Below, piece by piece: positions 1 through 10,742 of a stretch of DNA of 64,000 nt. Positions within the stretch are counted from its first letter, which is position 1. Every line of letters starts with the position of its first letter. The DNA comes from an uncultured Collinsella sp. (GTDB lineage Bacteria > Actinomycetota > Coriobacteriia > Coriobacteriales > Coriobacteriaceae). The position numbers were made by a program, and so were the translations under genes. The stretch is from contig CABPCW010000001.1 in NCBI GenBank assembly GCA_902406155.1, positions 8,272 through 72,271 of the forward strand, in the 5' to 3' direction. The notes under the pieces were generated by a model that made no database searches, had not been told where the DNA came from, and was given only the letters and a program-made list of their open reading frames with translations.

Positions 1-683
1 GAAACACCGGCGGGAATATCGATGTCAATCTTTTCGTGAGAAGGCGTGCGGCCCTGGCCATCACAGGTCTCGCAGGGATGATCGATGACCGTTCCTTCGC
101 CGTGGCAGTCGGGACAGGGCGAAGAGGACTGAACCTGGCCCAGGAAAGAACGCTGGACCGTCGTCACATAGCCTGTGCCGTGACAGCGGCTGCACTGCTT
201 TTCGGTCGCGCCCTCGGCCTTGCCGGTACCATTGCAGTCATCGCAAGGGGCAAGACGGTCGTAGCTGATCGTCTTTTTGCAGCCGAGCGCTGCCTCCTCG
301 AGCGTCACCGAAAGGGAGATGGCCATATCGCGACCGCGACGGCGCTCGCGACGGCTGCGAGCGCCACCACCGGCGCCACCGCCAAAGAACGACGAGAACA
401 GGTCGTCCATGCCCATGCCGCCAAAGATATCGTTGATGTCGACATAGCCAGAGCCACCGGGGCCGTCCGCGGTGCCGTAACGGTCGTAGTTGGCACGCTT
501 CTGCTCGTCGGAAAGAACGGAATAGGCCTCGTTGAGCTCTTTGAACTTGGCCTCGGCCTCGGGGTCGTCCGAAACATCTGGGTGTACCGTACGGGCTTTC
601 TTTAGAAACGCGCGCTTAATCGTCCGCGCGTCGGCATCCTTGTCAACGCCAAGTACCTCGTAGTAATCCCTATTTTCCGACAC
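1..683 (-). CDS. dnaJ: Chaperone DnaJ (class A), 3' end runs off the window
   Basis: Missing from the ORF track. Manual translation from GTG at 683 (RBS GGAAGG upstream) gives MSENRDYYEVLGVDKDAD..HPD.., a G/F region and CDDCNGTG / CSRCHGTG / CPDCHGEG / CETCDGQG zinc motifs. Confidence 0.93.
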   Translation of the reverse strand, partial: MSENRDYYEVLGVDKDADARTIKRAFLKKARTVHPDVSDDPEAEAKFKELNEAYSVLSDEQKRANYDRYGTADGPGGSGYVDINDIFGGMGMDDLFSSFFGGGAGGGARSRRERRRGRDMAISLSVTLEEAALGCKKTISYDRLAPCDDCNGTGKAEGATEKQCSRCHGTGYVTTVQRSFLGQVQSSSPCPDCHGEGTVIDHPCETCDGQGRTPSHEKIDIDIPAGV

Positions 684-764
684 GACCGAATCCTTCCAAC
701 TTTCATTATTGTCACAGTGCGTCCTATACCCAAGCTGGGCCGGGCGCAAACAGAGGGCTTGATG

Positions 765-1868
765 TTATTGAATTCCGTACGGCGAAAGCACGGCCCGCTG
801 CGAGCAGCTCGCGAACCAAACCGAAACGAGCGCGAACATAAAACCGTTGGCAAATCCATTGGCAAACTGCATCGCACCGCGCTTCCACCACAGCAGACTG
901 CGATGAAGCACGCCGTCCGACAGCACCATGAACAAGCCCATGGCAAACGGAATGAAGCACATCATGGCAAAGGCGGAGAACACGCCCGAGATGGCCGACA
1001 GTACCAAAAACGGCGCGATGATACCCATGAGGTAGAAGCCGGTGCGAGCCTTACCCTCCAGGCGCTCGGCCTCAACGTGCGCACGACCGACCAGGTCACC
1101 GCCCGAAGCGCCGTTCGTGCCGGCGTGGCCCATGTTAGGGATGCGCACCTCATCGCCATCATGCGTGCCGGCGGGAAACTCAATCGTCTGCTCGGAGGTT
1201 ACGCGGGTACGGCCGCTGCCACCGCAATCGGGGCACGGATCGGCAACGACCTTGCCGGAACCGCCGCACTCAGGACAAACCGTCTGGAACGTGCCCGCAC
1301 CAAACAGGAAGGACAGGTCGACATCGATGTGGCCGCGACCACCGCAGCTCGGGCAGGTGTGGGCATGCTCTGACGAAACGGAGCCCGATCCGCCACAATG
1401 TCCACAGGTGTCAAAGCGGGTGTAGCGAACGGTCTTGCGGGCACCGCTCTTGGCCTCCTTGGCGTCGAGCTTGATATCGACGACCACGTTGGCGCCACTC
1501 TCGGGGTTGTAGGCCGCCTGGCCGCGACGGGGCTGGCCCCAGGCGCCTCCGAAGGGGAAACCGCCGTCAAAGGGATTGCCGTAACCGGCGCTGCCGGCAT
1601 AGCCGCCGCCATAGGGCGAAGCCGTCGGTGCACCGGCAAAGGGATTGCCCGACCGCATGGCGTCGTAACGCGCACGCTTCTGCTCGTCCGAGAGCACGGC
1701 GTAGGCCTCGGAAACCTCTTTAAACTTCTCCTCGGCATCCGGCTCTTTATTGACGTCCGGATGGAGCTTGCGGGCCTTTTGTTGGAAAGCCTTTTGGATA
1801 TCACGCGAGGTGGCGTCCTTGGAGACGCCCAAAATCTCGTAGTAATCTTTTTCGTTCATCGTCGCCAT
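765..1868 (-). CDS. DnaJ-family protein: J domain, zinc finger and C-terminal transmembrane region
   Basis: [12 protein letters not shown] domain, four CxxCxGxG motifs, hydrophobic C-terminus. ATG at 1868 has a GGAGG RBS. Confidence 0.9.
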   Translation of the reverse strand: MATMNEKDYYEILGVSKDATSRDIQKAFQQKARKLHPDVNKEPDAEEKFKEVSEAYAVLSDEQKRARYDAMRSGNPFAGAPTASPYGGGYAGSAGYGNPFDGGFPFGGAWGQPRRGQAAYNPESGANVVVDIKLDAKEAKSGARKTVRYTRFDTCGHCGGSGSVSSEHAHTCPSCGGRGHIDVDLSFLFGAGTFQTVCPECGGSGKVVADPCPDCGGSGRTRVTSEQTIEFPAGTHDGDEVRIPNMGHAGTNGASGGDLVGRAHVEAERLEGKARTGFYLMGIIAPFLVLSAISGVFSAFAMMCFIPFAMGLFMVLSDGVLHRSLLWWKRGAMQFANGFANGFMFALVSVWFASCSQRAVLSPYGIQ

Positions 1869-1926
1869 GCGCGGCAACCTCCTGCTCACAGCAGCGTATA
1901 TATTGCGGTAATTCTACCCGAGCGGC

Positions 1927-3159
1927 CTAAGCTAGACCCCAAAACAGCTCGAACAGCACATTTCCATCGAGCCAACCTAGGTGGGTCGGCGCCAGGCGAG
2001 CACAGGTGCGGCCGGCGACGACATCGACAGAGACGGTAGGCCCCGCATGGTTATCACCGTGCTCGGGCACCCAAGTGGCAAGCCCAAGATCAAGAGCGCG
2101 ATCACAAGCCGCTGTCAGTTCATCGGCAGGGATGACACGAGCCGCGCGAACCAACAGGTCGGAAGCGAGACCGCGCGTCATGCGACAAGCGAGCATCAGA
2201 TCCTCGGCTGCCGCCTCGCGATGCGTCAGGTACTCGGCCTCAAACGCCGTCGCGGCATCGTTGCGTTGCACCAGACGCACGCGGTGCGCATCGCCTCGAG
2301 AAGACACGCCGAGGAACAAACCTGCAAGACAGTCGAAATCCTCGGCGTCGAGCATGCCCGCGGCAGAACGGCCCAGGCCCAGATAGCCCTGTCCGGTCCA
2401 ATAGGCAATGTTGTGGGCACACTCATGGCCGTCGAGCGCGTAGCTCGCCACCTCATACGGGTGATAGCCGGCCGCAGTCAGACAATCACGCGCCACGTCC
2501 ATGCATGCGGCCTGGAAATCCTCATCGGGCTCAAGCGACTCATCACGGCACGCCATGCGGTAAAGCGGCGTGCCCTCCTCGAGCGTGAGCGGATAGACCG
2601 ACACATGGTGCGGGGCCGCCGCAAGCACGCCATTAAGCGAATACTGCCAGCTCGCCATAGTCTGTCCGGGAAGCCCACACATAAGGTCGCACGACACATC
2701 GAGCCCAACATCCTTCACCGTCGCAATAGCCTCAAGCGCCCGTTCGGCATTATGGATGCGGCCGATGACGGCCAACTCGGTATTGTCGAGGGTTTGCACG
2801 CCCAGAGAAATGCGCGTGACGCCCGCCTCGGCAAGCGCGGTGGCGAGCCCAGCGGTCAGCGACTCAGGATTGGCTTCGCAAGTAAACTCAACGGGCTTGC
2901 ACCACATGGAGATACGCCGCGCCAGCTCCACCAGGCGCTCCCCCGCCAGCGACGGCGTGCCGCCGCCAACATAGACGGTGCGGATCTGGTCAAGGGCCCC
3001 AGCGTTGCCAAAAGCATCGAGCCGCGCATACAGTTGCTCAAAATAGGCATCGAGCGCAGCGTCCAGGTCGAACGGCGCCACGCTGCGCGAGTCAAAGTCG
3101 CAATAGCGACATTTCTGAGCGCAAAACGGCACGTGCACATACAGCGCGGTAACGGCCAC
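1927..3159 (-). CDS. hemW: HemN-like radical SAM heme chaperone HemW
   Basis: LYVHVPFCAQKCRYCDF, GGGTPS, EANP, YEVASY and HNxxYW motifs; near lepA. Confidence 0.9.
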   Translation of the reverse strand: MAVTALYVHVPFCAQKCRYCDFDSRSVAPFDLDAALDAYFEQLYARLDAFGNAGALDQIRTVYVGGGTPSLAGERLVELARRISMWCKPVEFTCEANPESLTAGLATALAEAGVTRISLGVQTLDNTELAVIGRIHNAERALEAIATVKDVGLDVSCDLMCGLPGQTMASWQYSLNGVLAAAPHHVSVYPLTLEEGTPLYRMACRDESLEPDEDFQAACMDVARDCLTAAGYHPYEVASYALDGHECAHNIAYWTGQGYLGLGRSAAGMLDAEDFDCLAGLFLGVSSRGDAHRVRLVQRNDAATAFEAEYLTHREAAAEDLMLACRMTRGLASDLLVRAARVIPADELTAACDRALDLGLATWVPEHGDNHAGPTVSVDVVAGRTCARLAPTHLGWLDGNVLFELFWGLA

Positions 3160-3161
3160 CC

Positions 3162-4205
3162 CTAAGCCTCCAGCGGATGGGCGGGCACCGGCTCGCCGGC
3201 GGCAAGCGCGGCCTCGCAGACCACCACGTCGCGCTCGATATCATCGACCAGCGCCATAAACTCCTCGTACGTGGAGCAGCGCACCACCTGAGCGCGCCAG
3301 GCGGCGGCATGGGGCATGCCCTTTAAGTACCAGCTTGCATACGTACGGGCACGCGACATGAGCGGCAAGAGCTCATGCGTCAGCGTCAGGTGCTCACGCA
3401 GAGCCTCCAGGCGCTCGACCGAGGAGCGAGAAGGAACCGGCGTGCCATCGAGCGCAAGGGCTCGGGCATCGCCGAACACCCACGGATTGCCGTAGATGCC
3501 GCGCGCAATAAACACCGCGCTGGCACCCGAGCCGCTCAGATGCTCCGCCGCATCCTCGGCCGAGAACACGTCGCCCGAACCGATAACGGGAATCTCGACG
3601 GCGTCGGCAACCTCGTCGACGACAGACCAATCGGCCTGGCCCGTGTAGAGCTGTGTGGCGCAGCGACCATGCACCGCCACCGCAGCGGCCCCAGCCCCCT
3701 CGAGCATCTGGGCAAACGTCGCGGCATTGCGATCATCGGCGTAAAAGCCCTTGCGGATCTTTACGGTCACGGGCACGTGCGCCGTGCCCACCGTCGCCTC
3801 GACAATCTTCTCAGCCAGGTCGGGCGTGCGCATAAGCGCCGAGCCCTCGCCCTTGGTAACGACCTTGCGAGCCGGACAGGCCATGTTGATATCAATCAAT
3901 GACAGGCGATCGCCCACGCGTTCCTCGACGGCGGCGACGGCACTCGCAAACTGCTCGGGCTTGGAGCCAAAGAGCTGCACGCAAATCTGCTGCTCCTCGT
4001 CGGCCGGCAGCACCAGGCGCCACGTCTTGTTGCTGGCATAGGCAAGGCCTGCAACGCTCACCATCTCGCTATAGGCAAGGTTGGCACCGCGGCGGCGACA
4101 CATGATGCGATAGGCGGGGTCGGTTACGCCCGCCATGGGAGCCATAAGGAACGGCTGCTCGGAATAGGCGCCCAGCAGCCGCTTGCTGTATTCAGAAAGC
4201 GCCAT
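3162..4205 (-). CDS. dusB: tRNA-dihydrouridine synthase (DusB/NifR3 family)
   Basis: APMAGVTD, QLFG, DINMACP, VKIRKG, VHGR motifs. Confidence 0.92.
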   Translation of the reverse strand: MALSEYSKRLLGAYSEQPFLMAPMAGVTDPAYRIMCRRRGANLAYSEMVSVAGLAYASNKTWRLVLPADEEQQICVQLFGSKPEQFASAVAAVEERVGDRLSLIDINMACPARKVVTKGEGSALMRTPDLAEKIVEATVGTAHVPVTVKIRKGFYADDRNAATFAQMLEGAGAAAVAVHGRCATQLYTGQADWSVVDEVADAVEIPVIGSGDVFSAEDAAEHLSGSGASAVFIARGIYGNPWVFGDARALALDGTPVPSRSSVERLEALREHLTLTHELLPLMSRARTYASWYLKGMPHAAAWRAQVVRCSTYEEFMALVDDIERDVVVCEAALAAGEPVPAHPLEA

Positions 4206-4209
4206 GGAC

Positions 4210-6021
4210 CTACTCGTCCACCTTGAGAATCGCCATAAAGGCCTCCTGCGGAACCTCGACCGAGCCGATGGCCTTCATGCGCTTCTTGCCCTCTTTCTGC
4301 TTCTCGAGCAGTTTGCGCTTACGCGAAATATCGCCGCCGTAGCACTTGGCAAGCACGTCCTTGCGACGCGCCTTGACGGTGGAGCGAGCAATGATCTTGT
4401 TGCCGATAGCACCCTGGATGGGCACCTCGAACAGCTGACGCGGGATGATCTCCTTGAGCTTGTCGCACAGGCCGCGGGCCAGGCCATAGGCCTTGTCCTT
4501 GTGCACGATAAACGACAGCGCGTCCACCTCGTCGCCCGAAAGCAGGATATCGAGCTTGACGAGCTCGGAGGGACGATACTCGTTGAACTCATAGTCGAGC
4601 GAGGCATAGCCCTTGGTGCGGCTCTTGAGCTGATCGAAGAAGTCCAAGATAAGCTCGGCGAGCGGCATATCAAAGCGCATCTCGACCGATTTGCTCGTCA
4701 GGTGGATCATATCGGTCGTGACGCCACGGTGCTCAATGGCGAGCTGCATGACAGCACCCGTATACTCGGGCGGGCAGATGATCTTTGCCTTGAGGTAGGG
4801 CTCTTCGATACGCTCGATGCGCGTGGCCTCGGGCAGGTCCTGCGGGCTGCGGACATCGATCATCTCGCCGTCAGTCTTGTACACGTGGTAGTCGACCGAG
4901 GGGCTCGTGGCGATCAGGTCCAGATTGAACTCGCGCTCCAGGCGCTCCTTGACGACCTCCATGTGCAGCAGGCCCAGGAAGCCCACGCGGAAGCCAAAGC
5001 CCAGCGCCACTGACGTCTCGGGCTCCCACACCAACGACGGATCGTTGACGTGCAGCTTATCGAGCGCGTCGCGCAGGTTCTCGTAGTCCTTGTTGTCGAT
5101 GGGAAACAGGCCCGTGTAGACCATGGGCTTAGCCTCGCGGTAGCCCGGCAGCGGCTCGGGGCAGGGGTTCGAAGCCCAGGTAAGGGTATCGCCCACGCGC
5201 ACAGCCTCGGGGTCCTTCAGACCCGTGACCACATAGCCAACCTCGCCGACGGTCAGAGCATCGACCGGCGTCTCGGCAGGACGCTTGACGCCCACGCCGT
5301 CGACCAAGAAGTCGCCCTTGGCCTGCATCATGCGCAGGGTATCGCCCTTTTTGATGGAACCATCAAAGACGCGCACCGTGGCGACGACGCCGCGGTACTC
5401 GTCGAAGTACGAATCCAGAATAAGTGCCTTGAGAGGGGCATTTGCATCGCCCTTGGGAGGCGAGATCAAAAAGACGATGGACTCCAGCAGATCGTGGATG
5501 CCCTCGCCGGTCTTGCCCGACACGCACACGGCATCGTCGGCGGGAATGGCCAGATCGTCTTCGATCTCGGTCTTAACCTCGTCGGGATGCGCCGAAGGAA
5601 GGTCGATCTTGTTGATGGCCGGAACAATGTCTAAGTTGGCGTTCATGGCGAGCGTCGCATTGGAAACGGTCTGCGCCTCGACGCCCTGAGTGGCGTCCAC
5701 GACGAGCACCGCGCCCTCGCAAGCTGCCAGCGAACGCGAGACCTCGTAGGTGAAGTCCACGTGGCCCGGCGTATCGATCAGGTTGAACTGATACGTCTCA
5801 CCATCGTCGGCGTCATAGGAAACGCGGACGGCATTGGACTTGATCGTAATGCCGCGCTCGCGCTCGATATCCATGGTGTCGAGCAGCTGCGACTCCATGT
5901 CGCGTTCGTCGACGGTATGGGTGAGCTCGAGGATGCGGTCGCTGATCGTGGACTTGCCATGGTCGATATGCGCAACGATCGAGAAGTTGCGGATGTGGGA
6001 AATGTCAATTGAAGTATTCAT
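4210..6021 (-). CDS. lepA: Translation elongation factor 4 (LepA)
   Basis: [43 protein letters not shown]. Start moved to ATG 6021 because the longer ORF overlaps the rpsT terminator. Confidence 0.97.
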   Translation of the reverse strand: MNTSIDISHIRNFSIVAHIDHGKSTISDRILELTHTVDERDMESQLLDTMDIERERGITIKSNAVRVSYDADDGETYQFNLIDTPGHVDFTYEVSRSLAACEGAVLVVDATQGVEAQTVSNATLAMNANLDIVPAINKIDLPSAHPDEVKTEIEDDLAIPADDAVCVSGKTGEGIHDLLESIVFLISPPKGDANAPLKALILDSYFDEYRGVVATVRVFDGSIKKGDTLRMMQAKGDFLVDGVGVKRPAETPVDALTVGEVGYVVTGLKDPEAVRVGDTLTWASNPCPEPLPGYREAKPMVYTGLFPIDNKDYENLRDALDKLHVNDPSLVWEPETSVALGFGFRVGFLGLLHMEVVKERLEREFNLDLIATSPSVDYHVYKTDGEMIDVRSPQDLPEATRIERIEEPYLKAKIICPPEYTGAVMQLAIEHRGVTTDMIHLTSKSVEMRFDMPLAELILDFFDQLKSRTKGYASLDYEFNEYRPSELVKLDILLSGDEVDALSFIVHKDKAYGLARGLCDKLKEIIPRQLFEVPIQGAIGNKIIARSTVKARRKDVLAKCYGGDISRKRKLLEKQKEGKKRMKAIGSVEVPQEAFMAILKVDE

Positions 6022-6046
6022 GCGGACTATCTTACCCGAGCGGTAC

Positions 6047-6083
6047 AAAAAATGGAGCCTGTTCCATAAAACAGGCTCCATTT
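6047..6083 (-). terminator. Intrinsic terminator of rpsT
   Basis: Stem aaatggagcctgtt/aacaggctccattt running into a T-tract on the minus strand. Confidence 0.85.
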
Positions 6084-6117
6084 ATGCGCGTAATCTGTGT
6101 GGTGTGAAATTTACAAC

Positions 6118-6384
6118 TTAGGCGTTGATGCTGTTCACGAGCTTGGCAAGACCGGACTTGCGGTTGGAAGCCTGGTTCTTGTGGATAACATGCTTGGCGG
6201 CAGCCATGTCGAGACGCTTGGTGACGGTCTTGAGGGCAGCCTGGGCCTTCTCGGCGTCGCCCTCGGCGACGGCGGACTGGACGTGCTTGGTCAGCGTCTT
6301 GAGCTCGGACTTGACAGCCTTGTTACGCATGCGAGCTGCCTCATTGGTGCGGATACGCTTCTTCTGAGACTTGATGTTTGCCAC
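6118..6384 (-). CDS. rpsT: 30S ribosomal protein S20
   Basis: (M)[14 protein letters not shown]...[14 protein letters not shown] start at 6384. Confidence 0.97.
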   Translation of the reverse strand: MANIKSQKKRIRTNEAARMRNKAVKSELKTLTKHVQSAVAEGDAEKAQAALKTVTKRLDMAAAKHVIHKNQASNRKSGLAKLVNSINA

Positions 6385-6517
6385 TTCTGGAGTTCCTTTC
6401 GAGTTCCTTGCAAAAAATGTATGACACCTCTGAGACACGGTGAGGTCATGCAAGCGCCTACTATAGCACGCTCCCTCTCAAAGGGATAGAACGAATTTGT
6501 CAAATAGGCAGGTATCA

Positions 6518-7480
6518 TCACGATTTTCTCAAGATGTTCGTAATCCAGAGCAAAAGCGCCGTCTGAGAATCGGCCGAACCCTTGAGCGCGAGTTCTACAT
6601 CGACGGCACCCTCGAGCGCTGCGACGAGCTCGGTCATCGAAAAACGACGCGCCCAGGTAAGGTGATTCTTGACCTGCCAGGACTGGAGCTTGAGCGTTGC
6701 GGCCAGCTCGCGACCCTGCCCACGCGCGTCGAGCGCCTTGGCGACGATAAGCTCGCGAATGCGACCGCACAGCAATGTGTAAGTCCACACGTAGCTCTTG
6801 GAGGGCAGGAGCTTAAAGAGCTCGAGCGAACGCCGCATATCGCGAGCCGAGACGGCGTTGAGGAAGTCCCAGGGTTGGACCTCGGCCGTACGTACAATCC
6901 AGCGATCAACATCGGCAAGTTCAATCTGGGGCGACTCGACCATCTGGGCAAGCTTGGCCAAGTCGTTATCGAGCATGCGCGTGTTTTCGCCCGAACGCGA
7001 GACGAGCTCCTCGGCGGCCGCCGTCGAAATCGACTTACCGCGCTGCGTCGCCATCTGCTGAACACGGCGCGGCAGTTCCCAGCGCTTGGTACCCGAGCAA
7101 TCGACGATAGCCTTCTTGTCGATCTTGGCGATTGCCTTATACAGGCGCGTATTCTTGGCAAGTGAGTCAGCGATGATGAGGCAGACCGTTGTTGGGCTGG
7201 GACTCGCCAGATACCCAACGAGCGGCTCCGAGACCGCCTTGGCGAGCTTTGAGCAGCCATCGAGGATTACCAGACGAAACTCGCTGCCCATCGGAAAGGT
7301 GTTAAGCGATCCGATAATGGACTCAATATCGGGGTCCTTGGTCATGTCTCGCTCGTCGAGGTTGAACTCGACCATACCCGATTTTTCCAGACGCGCTTTC
7401 ATACGCGAGACGGCGTGGTCGCGCTTGACTCCGTCGGTACCGACGATCAGATATGCCGGCAGCAAACCGGTTTCGGACAT
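6518..7480 (-). CDS. holA: DNA polymerase III delta subunit
   Basis: AYLIVGTD, PMGSEFRLVIL, LALKGS; classic comEC-holA-rpsT synteny. Confidence 0.9.
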   Translation of the reverse strand: MSETGLLPAYLIVGTDGVKRDHAVSRMKARLEKSGMVEFNLDERDMTKDPDIESIIGSLNTFPMGSEFRLVILDGCSKLAKAVSEPLVGYLASPSPTTVCLIIADSLAKNTRLYKAIAKIDKKAIVDCSGTKRWELPRRVQQMATQRGKSISTAAAEELVSRSGENTRMLDNDLAKLAQMVESPQIELADVDRWIVRTAEVQPWDFLNAVSARDMRRSLELFKLLPSKSYVWTYTLLCGRIRELIVAKALDARGQGRELAATLKLQSWQVKNHLTWARRFSMTELVAALEGAVDVELALKGSADSQTALLLWITNILRKS

Positions 7481-7558
7481 TGCGCCCCCCTCCCGCAGGC
7501 CTTCGTATTCGTTCCGTGCCATTCTAGCCCAGGGGCCCACCACACGCCAACGACGTCG

Positions 7559-9862
7559 TCACGGTCGCTGGCATCGCATCGCAAAGCCATTCGCAGTCGG
7601 TGTGACGGTAATGTCGCCGTGTTCGATGGTACACGCGAACACACCACCCGCTTCCTTAACGGCATCGATGCAGGCATCGGACGGATGGCCGTATCGATTC
7701 CCCTCACCGGCGCTTGCGAGGGAAAGCTCGGGCTTCAGGACGTCCAGCAACTCGCCATCGACTGAAACCTTGGAGCCGTGATGCCCAAGTTTAAGGACAT
7801 CGATATCCCCCACCTCCTGCACGAATTCCCGCTCTTGGTCGAGCTCGGCATCACCGGTGAGAAGTATTCGCAGGCCCTTGCCTTCCTGAACATAAGAGAG
7901 CAGCAGGACAAGCGAGTCCTCATTTCCCTCGCCATCCACGAACTCGAATGGCCACATCACGCGAGCGCAAAATGAGCCGATGTCGACCGTATCCCCACGG
8001 CGCACCTGCCGATACTCCACGCCAGGTCGGTTCAATACCTCGGCAGGAGCATCCTCCAGCGCATCCGCCGCCACGGCAATCGTTCCGACCGAAAACTGTT
8101 CGAGCACGGCAGGCAAACCACCCCAGTGGTCCTCATCCCAATGCGTCACAAAGACGGCATCGATATGGTGCACGTTATTGCGAACCAACGCCGCAACCAC
8201 ACGCTCGTCGAGCCCGCAGTCGACGAGAGCTACTGCGCCGCCTTGGCGGATAAGAATCGCATCGGCCTGGCCCACATCGAGCACCGTCACCGAAGGCGGA
8301 GCGAATCGATCCCAATAGACGTACGGAATCGCAGCCAAGAGCATCAGGCATGCAAGCCCCACCGCCATAGGACGTGCACGGGGACGCGGCCACCAGACCA
8401 GCAGAACCGCCAGAAAACACGGCACTAGGTAAATCCACATGCTATCGGGCGGCACGCTCACGTATGCACCCGGCACGGCGGCAAACAGCTGCTCGAAGAA
8501 CAGCGCGCAACGGGCGGCAATCATGGGCACAACGAGCGCCCAAGTCCGCAACGGTCCCACGAGCGAAAAGGGAGCCAGCGCGATCGACACAGCGAGCAGA
8601 ACGCTCACCACCGGACCGATGACCGCATTTGCCAACGGAGCAATGAGCGAGAATGTACCGAAGGCAGGAATAGTAATGGGAAGTGTCGCCAGTTGCGAGC
8701 ACAGCGTGACGGAAAGCACGCTGGCAACGCCCGATGGCACACCTAGCTCACCCAACGCGTAGGTCGCATAGGGACAAAAACACAGAATGGCTAAGACGCT
8801 GGCGCATGAAAGCTGAAAGCCCATCTCGAACAGCACCGTCGGCCGCAGTAGCACAAAGATGGACATGGTTACGAAGAGTGCCGAAAGGCCGTGCCGACGA
8901 CGCCCCGCGCCGTTTACGACAAGCGTCACGAACACCATGCAGCACGCGCGCACGGCCGAGGGAGACGCGCCCGTAAAGGCAGCGTAGCCCACAAGCGTTA
9001 TCGCCAATATCGCCCGCTGAAGACCACGTGAGCACCGAGTCTTTTGCAATACACCCTCGATTACAAACCCCACGATAGCCAAATGGCTGCCCGATACGGC
9101 GATAAGATGCGCCGTTCCCGTCACCGAAAACCAGTCGCCCGCCGGCTGGGCGCGCAGCTCGGCCGAACGACCGCAGACGACACCGGCTATGAGCGCACGC
9201 GCCGGGTCGGTCGCAGGCGCGATGGACGCAAGCAGCCCATTTCGCAGCCGAAGCAGCGGCCTCGGAGAACCCTCATCGACCGACACAATCCGAACGGCTT
9301 TGACCTTACGCACCTCGCCTCGGAGCACACGCGATCGTCCATACGCATCGTTCTCAAAACGTGAAACGCGACCGATAACACGCACGTGCGCCCCGACCTT
9401 GAGCTCACGATCACACGATAGGCGAACCGTTGCCAAGTTCTTACCGTCCGAGCGTGCCCCGCAGGTATAGGAATACACGTCGTCGTTTATGGATGGATCG
9501 CCCTGCACGACAAACTCGAGGCCGCTTGCCGCTCGACCGTCGAGTGCCTTCGAGGCGCTGAGCACACCCACAGCCCACCACGCCGAGACGACCGCTCCCG
9601 CCACGAGACCGGCGGACGCGGCATACAGCCACCGCTTCAAAGGGGCAAGCCGCGCACAAGAGTGAGCCAGCACAACGAAAACCGCTGCCGCAACGGGAAT
9701 GGCCCATAGCGGCCCGACCGCCGTCGCCCGCTCCCTCAGCAGCGCATCAGCGGCTATGCTGAGCACCAAGGCGCAGCTCACGCACATGCCGGCACACAGG
9801 GCCATCGTCCACGGAATCAGGGGTCGCGGAGGCATCACGTGCTCGCGCTCGGTCGCGCTCAT
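7559..9862 (-). CDS. comEC: DNA uptake channel ComEC/Rec2 with metallo-beta-lactamase domain
   Basis: HLIAVSGSH, SAVRA, GFQLS, DVGQAD, THWDEDH, GHHGS, NRYGHP; ATGA overlap with the comEA stop. Confidence 0.95.
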   Translation of the reverse strand: MSATEREHVMPPRPLIPWTMALCAGMCVSCALVLSIAADALLRERATAVGPLWAIPVAAAVFVVLAHSCARLAPLKRWLYAASAGLVAGAVVSAWWAVGVLSASKALDGRAASGLEFVVQGDPSINDDVYSYTCGARSDGKNLATVRLSCDRELKVGAHVRVIGRVSRFENDAYGRSRVLRGEVRKVKAVRIVSVDEGSPRPLLRLRNGLLASIAPATDPARALIAGVVCGRSAELRAQPAGDWFSVTGTAHLIAVSGSHLAIVGFVIEGVLQKTRCSRGLQRAILAITLVGYAAFTGASPSAVRACCMVFVTLVVNGAGRRRHGLSALFVTMSIFVLLRPTVLFEMGFQLSCASVLAILCFCPYATYALGELGVPSGVASVLSVTLCSQLATLPITIPAFGTFSLIAPLANAVIGPVVSVLLAVSIALAPFSLVGPLRTWALVVPMIAARCALFFEQLFAAVPGAYVSVPPDSMWIYLVPCFLAVLLVWWPRPRARPMAVGLACLMLLAAIPYVYWDRFAPPSVTVLDVGQADAILIRQGGAVALVDCGLDERVVAALVRNNVHHIDAVFVTHWDEDHWGGLPAVLEQFSVGTIAVAADALEDAPAEVLNRPGVEYRQVRRGDTVDIGSFCARVMWPFEFVDGEGNEDSLVLLLSYVQEGKGLRILLTGDAELDQEREFVQEVGDIDVLKLGHHGSKVSVDGELLDVLKPELSLASAGEGNRYGHPSDACIDAVKEAGGVFACTIEHGDITVTPTANGFAMRCQRP

Positions 9863-10572
9863 ACGCAGATGCAATCTTTGATTTTGGCAAGCTTCTTCTC
9901 GCCGATTCCCGACACACGCATCAGATCGTCAACCGAGGCGAAAGCACCGTTCTTTGTCCGCTCATCGATAATCGACTGGGCCATAGAGGGGCCGATGCCC
10001 GAAAGCGTCTGCAGCTCTTCTGCGCTTGCCGTATTGATGTTTACTAGGCCTGTTGCGCCACTAACGCCCGGCGATGCGGAAGTCCCACCATCAACACCGG
10101 CTTCCGCAATGGACGCCTGCTGCTCCCCTACCGTTGGAACGTGAATTTTTTGTCCATCAGTGACCTTGGATGCGCGATTAAGCCCCGTAACGTCTGCTTC
10201 GGGCGCCAGCCCGCCGGCGGCATCAATCGCCTGAGCCACCCGCGCCCCGTCTTTGAGGCGATATACACCGGGTGACACCACGGCGCCATCAACATCGACA
10301 TAGACCTCTGCCGCGGCAGACGCCTTAGGCGAAGAGCCTTCGGATGTCTTTCCGCTCGAAGCATCGCCGGATCCCGGCTCCACTAACGTGCCCGAACCAT
10401 CAGTGCGCTCAAACGACACACCGCCGGCACCGCCGCCAAGGTTCGCCATCGCCAGCCCACTCGCCATCGCAATGACGACCAGTATCGCCATCACCACTGC
10501 CTTATGACCGAGCAGTTTGCCCGCCCAGCGGTCCATCTTTTTGACTCGTTCGTGTTGTTCGCGCTGCGCCAT
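9859..10572 (-). CDS. comEA: DNA receptor ComEA (TM, SLBB, helix-hairpin-helix)
   Basis: VDVDGAVVSPGVY, RVAQAIDAAGG, VNINTASAEELQTLSGIGP, VSGIGEK; ATG 10572 with GGAGG. Confidence 0.95.
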   Translation of the reverse strand: MAQREQHERVKKMDRWAGKLLGHKAVVMAILVVIAMASGLAMANLGGGAGGVSFERTDGSGTLVEPGSGDASSGKTSEGSSPKASAAAEVYVDVDGAVVSPGVYRLKDGARVAQAIDAAGGLAPEADVTGLNRASKVTDGQKIHVPTVGEQQASIAEAGVDGGTSASPGVSGATGLVNINTASAEELQTLSGIGPSMAQSIIDERTKNGAFASVDDLMRVSGIGEKKLAKIKDCICV

Positions 10573-10647
10573 AGCAAAACCTCCCAACACCATCGTGTCA
10601 GGAAAGGAGCTCCACAACAGCCAAGCCCCAAAACCGGTTTTTGCGGT

Positions 10648-10667
10648 CAAACCAAAAACCGACCAAA
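10648..10667 (-). promoter_or_regulatory. Candidate competence-regulator box, copy 1 (TTTGGTCGGTTTTTGGTTTG)
   Basis: 18/20 identical to 39241..39260 upstream of yraN-comM-dprA. Confidence 0.6.
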
Positions 10668-10742
10668 ACCTTGCACAAATCTGTCCATTTATTCAGGCAC
10701 ACGTCAGCAAATGAACGCTTAGCCGCAAAATGCCCAGATAGC

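Noticed and set aside
36..605. 189-aa plus-strand ORF
   Set aside because: Shadow of the minus-strand dnaJ, which the ORF track missed because it runs off the window
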